Origin: Candidatus Woesearchaeota archaeon
Lineage (GTDB): Archaea > Nanobdellota > Nanobdellia > Pacearchaeales > GW2011-AR1
Length of the DNA: 64,000 nucleotides
NCBI GenBank assembly: GCA_964408235.1
Contig: CAYOYN010000001.1
Location: 13,450-77,449, forward strand
Reading direction: 5' to 3'
Shown here: positions 36,673 through 44,777 of the stretch, piece by piece
How the letters are laid out: every line of letters begins with the position of its first letter
How positions within the stretch are numbered: the first letter of the stretch is position 1
The notes under the pieces: model-generated
The model's database searches: none
Told to the model about the DNA's origin: nothing
The model's input: only the letters and a program-made list of their open reading frames with translations
Position numbers and translations under genes: made by a program

Positions 36673-36855
36673 AGGTAAATAGATTAAATGAACTATAAAA
36701 AAATATCTGTAATAAATGACAAATAGAGGCGATCGTTTCGTATAAACTTCGAAATTCCTAAAAAGGTTTTTTCGTATATCTTAATAATCTTAAAACCACA
36801 CCTCTATATTGTGAATATTACAAATTAGCTAAGGCAAACTTGTATTTAAACCTAT

Positions 36856-37335
36856 CTAAATGTGCAATTTGGCTCTAAGCCCATCTCTAATGATCTTAGA
36901 TTTTTTATGATAAGTACTAGGTGAATAAATACCTCTTAATCTATCAATTTCATTATTTGCCTCTACTAAAGGTTCCAAAGATTCCTCTTCAATTACATCA
37001 TCAAGAGGGGTTTTTCCAAATGGTCTTGTCCAATTTTCAACTTGACAACAATTTGAAAAAATTCTATTCTGTCTTGATTTTAAGCAATCTTTGCATAAAT
37101 TCTCAAATATCCTTTTCAAAAAGTTAGGTAAACCTCTTTGATGGATTAATTTTCCAGATTTTACCGAATTATAAACTCTGATAAAGGTATCTTGGATTAA
37201 TTCCTCTGCAATCCCTTCTCCTATTCCATAACTAGATTTAGCTCTACGGAGAAAATACCTATTAAGTCTATTGAGGCTATCTGGGATATCTTCTTCCGAT
37301 GCAATTGGTTCTTGAGAATAATCTAATGAACCCAT
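36856..37335 (-). CDS. Sigma-70 region-2-like protein (ECF-like, apparently lacking a clear region 4)
   Basis: IAEELIQDTFIRVYNS...LPNFLKRIFENLCKDCLKSRQNR resembles ECF regions 2.1-2.4. Confidence 0.45.
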   Translation of the reverse strand: MGSLDYSQEPIASEEDIPDSLNRLNRYFLRRAKSSYGIGEGIAEELIQDTFIRVYNSVKSGKLIHQRGLPNFLKRIFENLCKDCLKSRQNRIFSNCCQVENWTRPFGKTPLDDVIEEESLEPLVEANNEIDRLRGIYSPSTYHKKSKIIRDGLRAKLHI

Positions 37336-37369
37336 AATTTGAAATAAACTTTAAGTCTTAAAAATTTAT

Positions 37370-38140
37370 CTAATTAGGTATTTTTCTATTAAATAAGAAT
37401 ATTGCTAAAGGTATTGAAACAATTAATATTCCAACACACCATATGAATGCCATTAAAGCCGAATCTCCAACGGGTGTTCCAACCATCCAAGCCCTCATCG
37501 CTTCTATTACTTGAGTGAATGGCTGATTTTCTGCAAACCACTTTATTGCAGAAGGCATTCCTTCAGTAGGAACAAAGGCACTAGATGCAAAAGTCAAAGG
37601 CATGATAATTACAAAGGTCATCCATTGAATTGCTTCAAATGATTTCGCAAGCAATCCTAAAATTGCAGATAACCAAGATATTGCAAATGTGAACAATAAT
37701 AACAAACCTATAATCATTAACCATTCAGTAAATCCAGCAGTAGGTCTGAACCCAACAAGAAAAGCAACTAATATCATTATGACTCCAGACAATACATTTC
37801 TAATAAGGTCGGCAACTGTATGGGAAACAACTAAGCCAGGAGCAAACATAGGGAGAGACCTGAATCTATCGATTACTCCTCTTTTCATATCTAATACTAA
37901 ATTAATTGCAGTAGTGCTTGCACCAAAGGCAAGGGTTTGAACTAAAATTCCAGCAACTAAGAAGTTTATGTAAGTTGTTCCTCCAGTATCAATTGCTCCT
38001 CCAAAAACATATCTAAACAAAAGTAAAAACATGATCGGCATTATTGCAACACCAAGTAATTGATCCATATTTTTTACAATATGTTTCATACTTCTTTTAG
38101 TCAATATCCAACAATCTAGCAAAATATCTTTTATTTTCAT
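37370..38140 (-). CDS. ABC-2 type transporter permease
   Basis: Six TM helices and ABC-2 architecture. Stop overlaps the ATPase gene start. Confidence 0.75.
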   Translation of the reverse strand: MKIKDILLDCWILTKRSMKHIVKNMDQLLGVAIMPIMFLLLFRYVFGGAIDTGGTTYINFLVAGILVQTLAFGASTTAINLVLDMKRGVIDRFRSLPMFAPGLVVSHTVADLIRNVLSGVIMILVAFLVGFRPTAGFTEWLMIIGLLLLFTFAISWLSAILGLLAKSFEAIQWMTFVIIMPLTFASSAFVPTEGMPSAIKWFAENQPFTQVIEAMRAWMVGTPVGDSALMAFIWCVGILIVSIPLAIFLFNRKIPN

Positions 38141-39105
38141 TTTTTAACCTCGCCATCTTGTTCATCTTTAGAAGCAGTGTGTCCAGTTAATGTCAAAAAC
38201 ACGTCATCAAGTGTTGGCTTATGAAGAGATAAATTTTCTATCTCAATTCCTAATTTTTCAAACTCTGAAAGAACTTCTTTAAGTTTATGAGTCCCACCTT
38301 TAGTTGCAATTCCAATCATTCTTTTCTTCTTATCAATTTTAACATTATCTCCTTTGATAGAATTAGCAGCCTTATCAAAATCACTTTCTTTAGAGATTAT
38401 TAATTCAAGTCTTTCAGCTCCAACTTTCATCTTTAATTCATCACTAGTTCCTTCAGCAATAACTCTTCCGTGGTCTATTACAACAATTCTATCTGCAAGT
38501 TGATCCGCTTCATCCATATATTGTGTAGTCAATAAGACTGTAATTCCATTTTTTGCCAATTCTTTTATTACTTCCCATAAAGCCAATCTGCTCCTAGGAT
38601 CTAATCCTGTAGTTGGTTCATCTAAAAATATTATAGGTGGGTGTGCAATTAAACTCATTGCAAGGTCAAGTCTTCTACGCATTCCACCAGAATAAGTTTT
38701 TACTGCTCTTTTTCCAGCTTCGACCAAATCAAATTGTTTTAACAATTCTTTTCCTCTTTTTATTGCTTCTTTTTTACTCAGACGATAAAGTCTACCCATC
38801 ATTTCCAAATTTTCTTCTCCGCTCAAATATTCATCAACAGCGGCGTATTGTCCTGTCAAACCTATACTCTTTCTAACTGAATTAGCCTCTTTAATCACAT
38901 CGTGTCCATTAACCAAAACATGTCCGTGATCAGGTTTCAATAAAGTGCTCAATATTCTTACAGTAGTAGTCTTTCCAGCACCATTTGGTCCTAACAATGC
39001 AAGAACTTCTCCTTTGACAACGTTTAAGTTTAAACCTTTCAAGACGTGTAAATCTTTGTAAGATTTTTTTAAATCCTTAACAATAATTGCATACTCTTCT
39101 TTCAT
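38137..39105 (-). CDS. ABC transporter ATP-binding protein (DrrA/CcmA-like exporter ATPase)
   Basis: Walker A GPNGAGKTT. ABC signature YSGGMRRRL. Walker B IIFLDEPTTGLD. Confidence 0.9.
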   Translation of the reverse strand: MKEEYAIIVKDLKKSYKDLHVLKGLNLNVVKGEVLALLGPNGAGKTTTVRILSTLLKPDHGHVLVNGHDVIKEANSVRKSIGLTGQYAAVDEYLSGEENLEMMGRLYRLSKKEAIKRGKELLKQFDLVEAGKRAVKTYSGGMRRRLDLAMSLIAHPPIIFLDEPTTGLDPRSRLALWEVIKELAKNGITVLLTTQYMDEADQLADRIVVIDHGRVIAEGTSDELKMKVGAERLELIISKESDFDKAANSIKGDNVKIDKKKRMIGIATKGGTHKLKEVLSEFEKLGIEIENLSLHKPTLDDVFLTLTGHTASKDEQDGEVKK

Positions 39106-39139
39106 AATTAAAAAAGCAAAACTAGATATTTAAACTCTA

Positions 39140-39661
39140 TCACAAATATCCTAATACTAGAAGGCTATCTTTAATCTTTTTCACTTCCTTTGCAATCCTG
39201 CTTCTCTGAGAAGGAGTTTGAGTTCTATATGATGGACCATATAGTTTTGCAAAAACAAGCTCTCTTTTAGAATCTGGCAAATTAGAAACAATTCCTAATA
39301 CGAGGTTTTCAGCCTCAGCAAAAACAAGTTCATCAAGAGGTTCAGGAGTTTTTTTACAAATAACTTCTTCGTCTAATTCAATATAATCTCTATCGAGTTT
39401 TCTTTTCATACTGGATTTTGCTCTAATTGCATCTATACAATTTCTCCTAAAAGCGGTCACAATATATCCTTGTAATCCATTATCTCTTTCTTCAAATTTT
39501 CTATTTTCTAAATCACCTAAAACTTCCATGATTGTATCGTCTAAGATCTCCTGCTCTTCAAAATGGTCAAGGCCATATCTCTTTGTAACTCCTTTAATGT
39601 ACTTTGTATCTCTTACTTCTTGGGCTAAGTACAAAACTCGTTCTCTTAAATTTTCAGTCAT
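39140..39661 (-). CDS. ECF sigma-70 family-like protein (regions 2 and 4 recognisable) in an archaeal context
   Basis: GYIVTAFRRNCIDAIRAK (region 2.2-2.4-like) and LPDSKRELVFAKLYGPSYRTQTPSQRSRIAKEVKKIKDSL (region-4 HTH-like). Confidence 0.55.
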   Translation of the reverse strand: MTENLRERVLYLAQEVRDTKYIKGVTKRYGLDHFEEQEILDDTIMEVLGDLENRKFEERDNGLQGYIVTAFRRNCIDAIRAKSSMKRKLDRDYIELDEEVICKKTPEPLDELVFAEAENLVLGIVSNLPDSKRELVFAKLYGPSYRTQTPSQRSRIAKEVKKIKDSLLVLGYL

Positions 39662-39914
39662 GGGATTATGACTTCAAAATCGCAGTATTTAAAGCTATGC
39701 AAAATAACTACTTTCAAGAAGTGTCAAATTCGGTTAATTCTTATGCCGATCTTTTCAAATTTCTTCACTAACTAATCTGGAAAATTGCACAATTGCAATT
39801 GTTAAAAGAGAATAAACTACAAATCTAATGGACTGATGTGGTATCAAAGAGACCAAATTCTCTAGAACACTTGAAATTTTCATATTAGTTTTTCAGAAGT
39901 TTATTTATGCAAAA

Positions 39915-41192
39915 TTACTTTTTAGCTGTAATCTCTAAGCAAACACCAGCTGCAACTGTGCTACCAGCGTCTCTTACTGCGAATCTAGCCATGTTTGGAT
40001 TTGTAGCTTGTGTTTCAAGTACAAGGTTTCCAATTGGTTTGATTTTAACTTTTGCAATATCTCCATTCTTCAAGAAGTCAGGGTTTGAAGCCTTTGTTCC
40101 ATCAGGAGATTGTTTTTCAATTAATTCTACGAATTGGCATGGTACCTGTGCTGTGTGTACGTGGAATACTGGTGTGTAACCCTTAGCAATTACTGTTGGG
40201 TGTGAAATTATTGCAACTTGAGCTATGAATTCTTGTACGATTGAAGCAGGCTGAGCAGCGTCACAAACTACATCTCCGCGAGCTATGTCTTTCTTTCCTA
40301 CTCCTCTAATGTTAATTCCAACGTTATCTCCAGCTTCAGCTTGAGGCATTTGTTCATGGTGCATTTCAATAGTCTTAACTTCTCCAGGGATTCCTGATCC
40401 GCTTCTTCCAGGCAAGATAATTACTTTTTGTCCAAGCTTCATTATTCCTGTTTCAATCTTTCCAACTGGAACAGTTCCAATACCTGTAATTTCATATACA
40501 TCTTGTAATGGCATTCTTAATGGTAATTGTGTTGGTTTGTTAGGTTGTTCAAATAAGTCTAATTGTTCTCTGATTGTAGGTCCCTTGTACCAAGGCATGT
40601 GTTCTGACTTTTTAACAACATTATCTCCAAGGTATCCAGCAGCAGGTATGAATGACATTGTATCTGTCTTATATCCAGCTTGCTTTAATATAACTGAAAC
40701 ATCAGCTACAACTTTCTTATAAGCATCTTCTGCCCACTTAACAGTGTCCATCTTGTTAACAACAACAGCAATTTGTTTAACTCCCATTGTTCTTAATAAC
40801 CAAGCGTGTTCTTTTGTTTGTGGTTGAACTCCTTCAGCAGCTGCAACTGTCAAGAAAGCTGCGTCAGACTGTGAAGCACCAGTAATCATGTTCTTAATAA
40901 AGTCCTTGTGTCCAGGAGCGTCAATAATTGTAACTTCATACTTGTTTGTAATTAATTTTTGATAAGACAAGTCAATTGTAACTCCACGCTCTCTTTCTTC
41001 TTTGAATTTGTCCATAACGTATGCGAATTCAAATCCAGCTTTACCATGTTCTTTAGCAATAGTTTTAAGCTTATCAAGTTCCTGTGGAGGAATAGCTCCA
41101 GCATCAAACATCAATCTACCAATTGTAGTACTCTTTCCGTGGTCTACGTGACCCACGAAAGCAACGTTTATTGTTGGTTTTGTTTTTGCCAT
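39915..41192 (-). CDS. tuf: Translation elongation factor 1-alpha (aEF-1A)
   Basis: INVAFVGHVDHGKST G1 motif, DAPGH, NKMD. Length of 425 aa. Archaeal/eukaryotic type. Confidence 0.95.
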   Translation of the reverse strand: MAKTKPTINVAFVGHVDHGKSTTIGRLMFDAGAIPPQELDKLKTIAKEHGKAGFEFAYVMDKFKEERERGVTIDLSYQKLITNKYEVTIIDAPGHKDFIKNMITGASQSDAAFLTVAAAEGVQPQTKEHAWLLRTMGVKQIAVVVNKMDTVKWAEDAYKKVVADVSVILKQAGYKTDTMSFIPAAGYLGDNVVKKSEHMPWYKGPTIREQLDLFEQPNKPTQLPLRMPLQDVYEITGIGTVPVGKIETGIMKLGQKVIILPGRSGSGIPGEVKTIEMHHEQMPQAEAGDNVGINIRGVGKKDIARGDVVCDAAQPASIVQEFIAQVAIISHPTVIAKGYTPVFHVHTAQVPCQFVELIEKQSPDGTKASNPDFLKNGDIAKVKIKPIGNLVLETQATNPNMARFAVRDAGSTVAAGVCLEITAKK

Positions 41193-41318
41193 GTTAATTT
41201 GTAATCACCCTTATTTTTGAGGGTATATAAATATTTCCTTTTTAGAGAATAATATTCGTTTAATCGAGGCAAACTAAGATCTCTAAACATATAAATACGA
41301 CAAAAAATAATCTTATTT

Positions 41319-42086
41319 ATGAATGAAATATTTTTTGCATTAATAATTTCTCTAGCCATTCAAGTAGTTCTTTTCATCCCAGCATTTATTTTCAAAACAG
41401 ATAAGCTAACAGATTTTTCTTACAGCCTAACATTCATAATTTTAGCTCTATTTTTATTTTTGACTAATAATATTTCGACATCAAAGATAATTTTAGTTTC
41501 CATGGTTTTAATTTGGGCTTTCAGACTCGGAATTTTTTTATTCATAAGAATCACTAAAATAAAGAGGGATAAGAGATTTGACGGAGTTAGAGAGAGTTTC
41601 ACAAAATTTGCACAATTTTGGATATTACAAGGAATAGCAGTATGGGTAATATTGATCCCGAGCATCTTTTTCTTAACTCAAGAAACAATTTTAACAAAGT
41701 TAAGTTATTTTGGAATTTTAATTTGGGCAACTGGTTTCTTAATAGAAACAATTTCAGATGCTCAAAAATTCTCATTTATGCAAGGAAATGGTAAAAACAA
41801 ATCAAAGTGGATTTCTACAGGTTTGTGGAAATATTCTAGGCACCCCAACTACTTCGGAGAGATGCTTTGTTGGATAGGAATATATTTATTTGTAGTTTCA
41901 GGATTAACCATCTCGCAAGCTTTAATCTCGATAATTGGTCCTCTATTCATAATTTCCATACTTTTATTTGGAACCGGAGTTCCAAAATTAGAACAGTCCG
42001 CAGACAAAAAATTTGGAAAAATAAAAGAATATCAAGAATATAAAAGGAGAACTTCTCTAGTGATACTATGGCCAAGAAAAAGATAA
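41319..42086 (+). CDS. DUF1295 / steroid-5-alpha-reductase-ICMT-like membrane methyltransferase or reductase family protein
   Basis: WKYSRHPNYFGEMLCWIG motif. Multi-TM. Confidence 0.65.
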   Translation: MNEIFFALIISLAIQVVLFIPAFIFKTDKLTDFSYSLTFIILALFLFLTNNISTSKIILVSMVLIWAFRLGIFLFIRITKIKRDKRFDGVRESFTKFAQFWILQGIAVWVILIPSIFFLTQETILTKLSYFGILIWATGFLIETISDAQKFSFMQGNGKNKSKWISTGLWKYSRHPNYFGEMLCWIGIYLFVVSGLTISQALISIIGPLFIISILLFGTGVPKLEQSADKKFGKIKEYQEYKRRTSLVILWPRKR

Positions 42087-42454
42087 TTTCCTTTTTAGCA
42101 GTTTTTATTTCAATTGTTGTTTTAGATTTAATATTTATTTCAACCCTAATCCTTCCGATATATCAAGACAGCGTTTCAAGTACCTTAAAGGCGACTCCAA
42201 GCATTACATCTTCTTTACTTGCTTGGCTATTGATAACCTTAGGAATAATTTATTTTGTAAATCCAAATTCAAAAAATAAAAAACAATCTTTCAAAAAAGG
42301 AGCTCTTTTTGGTTTGATAGTCTACGGAGTTTATAGTCTAACTAACTATGCAATAATCCAAAATTGGACTATTAAGATGGCCATAATAGATATAATATGG
42401 GGAATGATTTTATGTGGAACACTTTCAGTAATAAATAAAGCAATCTCAAAATGA
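42068..42454 (+). CDS. Small membrane protein (128 aa)
   Basis: Four TM helices. Confidence 0.4.
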   Translation: MAKKKIISFLAVFISIVVLDLIFISTLILPIYQDSVSSTLKATPSITSSLLAWLLITLGIIYFVNPNSKNKKQSFKKGALFGLIVYGVYSLTNYAIIQNWTIKMAIIDIIWGMILCGTLSVINKAISK

Positions 42455-42855
42455 AATTAGAAAAAAAAGATTCAAAATTCAAAGTAACTGCATCTGACAA
42501 ATTTGTAATGATTCTTGCAATAGTAAGCATAATAGGATTTGCAGGAATAGTTAGTTACACATTATTTGAGTTTAATATTAATGATTACTTAGAACCTTTA
42601 TGGATGATAGTTATAGGAATTGGATTTATAATTGAAGTAAAATTTGACACTCTAAAAAAGGTTAGACTAGAAGGATTAAATCCAACAAACTTCACTCATT
42701 TGACTACTTTAATTATCGGAGTTATAGCAATATTTGCAGGAATATTTAGCATCCCTGCAATAAGGATAGAAGCAACAGGTTTTCTAGCCGTAAAGGGAAT
42801 TTTATCTTTAGTGGCTATCGTAGTAATAATTGCTCAAACTTGGTTAGTAAAATAA
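42451..42855 (+). CDS. Small membrane protein (134 aa)
   Basis: Four TM helices. Start overlaps the previous stop. Confidence 0.4.
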   Translation: MKLEKKDSKFKVTASDKFVMILAIVSIIGFAGIVSYTLFEFNINDYLEPLWMIVIGIGFIIEVKFDTLKKVRLEGLNPTNFTHLTTLIIGVIAIFAGIFSIPAIRIEATGFLAVKGILSLVAIVVIIAQTWLVK

Positions 42856-43085
42856 TAACAAAATCTATTTAAACTGGAAAATTCAAAAAAGAATTATGGA
42901 AAAAGACCAGGAGATGATTGTAGAGGTTGGAGAATATAGTTTAATTGCAAATACGGACAAAAACTTTGAAGTCACACATTTAATACTGAAGGCAGCAAAC
43001 GGCTCAAAGAGAGTTTGGAAAGTCAAGGAATTAAGTGAAAAAGAAGCTAGCTTTAATATAGAAAAGTTTGCATAAATTTATCAAA

Positions 43086-43406
43086 TTATCCGAGATACAG
43101 AGTTCTCATATTCTCAACCATAACTTCTAATTTTTTGGAATCGACACCATCGTAAAATTTGATTTCTACGTTTCCAGGTCCGCCTTTATTTGGGATAGTA
43201 TTAGAAATTCTAGCTAAGCATTTAGGGGGAAATAACCTTCTTCTTCTGTATACTGATGCAACATCTACGTGGGAAATTTCCCCTATTCCTATATCTTCTC
43301 TTGAAGTTTCTATAAAATAATCTCCAGGCGTAGCTTCACCAATTTTTCTAGCTATTTTTCGAGCGTAATCCTCTACAGGTATAGGAGGGATATTTGAGAA
43401 GTGCAT
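43086..43406 (-). CDS. Hypothetical protein (106 aa)
   Basis: ORF only. Confidence 0.4.
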   Translation of the reverse strand: MHFSNIPPIPVEDYARKIARKIGEATPGDYFIETSREDIGIGEISHVDVASVYRRRRLFPPKCLARISNTIPNKGGPGNVEIKFYDGVDSKKLEVMVENMRTLYLG

Positions 43407-43496
43407 CTTGAATAATAAAAAATTTCATATTTAAAGATATATGCAAGATTTAACAATATTTACAAAAATGGTTTTTGTAATATTTGTTTACTTCAG

Positions 43497-43712
43497 TTAA
43501 CAATATTTACTGAAACTGTGATGTCCGGAAGAAATTTTATTATTTTCATTTTTATCAATAATATTTTTTTTAGCAATTTTATTATTTATTTTTGAAACTT
43601 CTTCTTTTAAGAAATTTTCAACACGTTTACTCATGCTTATTCCATTCTTTTTGCAATGCTGTGAAAACTGCTTATACACTTCTTCATCAAGGTTAAATGT
43701 CTTTATCACCAT
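43497..43712 (-). CDS. Ribbon-helix-helix (CopG/Arc-like) small DNA-binding protein
   Basis: VIKTFNLDEEVYKQFSQHCKKNGISMSKRVENFLKEEV is RHH-like. Confidence 0.45.
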   Translation of the reverse strand: MVIKTFNLDEEVYKQFSQHCKKNGISMSKRVENFLKEEVSKINNKIAKKNIIDKNENNKISSGHHSFSKYC

Positions 43713-43941
43713 GTTTAATTTTTTGATTGTATTGTGAATGAAGATGAACCAGTTAAATTAAACAGACAGAAAAATTTATTTTTCTGTATTGTAAATTTCT
43801 CTGAAATTTTCACCATCTTTCTTAATAGTTATATAATCTTAAATAAACTTAATAAACATTTCTAAAAAAATTAACGCGAACTTTAAAACAAAAATTAAAG
43901 ATAAAATCAAATAAATAAAGTTATATAACTTTATTTAATAA

Positions 43942-44316
43942 TTAAGCAAAACTAGCCGAATAGAATTTTTCATCATCGTCTTTTTTAGTTTTTGGCCTAA
44001 TGCTTCTAAGCCCTTCTATAATCCCGCTTGTTAGATAGTTTAAACCGGTATATTTGTAAGATACCCTGGCAACGCAACCTATTCCTCTTCCAAGCTTGTC
44101 CATCGTATAAATAGAAGCCCTAATAAGTTTCCCATGTTTTTCTGCCCTTACGTGTGGTTGCTGGTGATGCCCAACAATTAATCTTTCAAGTTCAATATCC
44201 TCAACAAAGTCATTTTCAGCAATCTGGTCAAGGGCAGCAACAATCTCTTCTCTTAAATCAGGTCTTAAACTGTGATATGATTTAAATCTCTTTTTAGCCA
44301 TATGGTTAAAAATCAA
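43942..44316 (-). CDS. Hypothetical protein (124 aa)
   Basis: ORF only. Confidence 0.4.
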   Translation of the reverse strand: MIFNHMAKKRFKSYHSLRPDLREEIVAALDQIAENDFVEDIELERLIVGHHQQPHVRAEKHGKLIRASIYTMDKLGRGIGCVARVSYKYTGLNYLTSGIIEGLRSIRPKTKKDDDEKFYSASFA

Positions 44317-44352
44317 AGAAATAACTAATTAATAAATCTTATTACTTCAAAG

Positions 44353-44724
44353 TCATCCTTCTATCAATCTTTGACTTCCCGTAATTGCTTCTCTGTTTCC
44401 CCAAACATAAGATAGTTTTTTAGGATTTTCTTTTCTTTCTCTAAGAATAGGAAATCTTACAGCATAAGTGTATTTGAATCCATCTGGAGGGAAACATTTC
44501 TCGCAATAAGGTACTGCTTTCGGCCCTATTCCAAAACCATCCTCTCCAGGATCAAATGAACCATCTTCATTAAGATAAAATAAATCTAAAAATCCTCTTC
44601 TAATTGCCCCTCCACAATTCTTATGAACTATGTGGTCTCCACTTCTTTCGCATTGTTCAGAAGTAAATGTCCTTATGGCCTGAGCCAATTCATCCAATGT
44701 AACTGCAAAATCATCAAGAGGCAT
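44353..44724 (-). CDS. Hypothetical Cys-containing protein (123 aa)
   Basis: CxxC-like pairs (HKNCGG, CEKC). No family recognised. Confidence 0.4.
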   Translation of the reverse strand: MPLDDFAVTLDELAQAIRTFTSEQCERSGDHIVHKNCGGAIRRGFLDLFYLNEDGSFDPGEDGFGIGPKAVPYCEKCFPPDGFKYTYAVRFPILRERKENPKKLSYVWGNREAITGSQRLIEG

Positions 44725-44777
44725 ATAATTTTCAATAATTCAATTATTTAACTATTTAGATAATTCAAATAATATAT

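Noticed and set aside
39745-39883. Possible about 42-aa minus-strand ORF (MKISSVLENLVSL...) between tuf and the sigma-like gene
   Set aside because: My manual translation did not give a clean multiple-of-three length between the apparent start and stop, so the frame is uncertain. Left unannotated.
40537-41204. + ORFs inside tuf, and similar ORFs inside fusA (46279..46778), rpoA (49859..50224, 52380..52589, 53186..53410) and rpoB (54005..54226, 54956..55225, 55763..55975)
   Set aside because: Antisense or alternative-frame ORFs within universally conserved genes.
41168-41359. 63-aa minus ORF overlapping the tuf start and the DUF1295 gene start
   Set aside because: Overlaps two better-supported genes. 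No motif.
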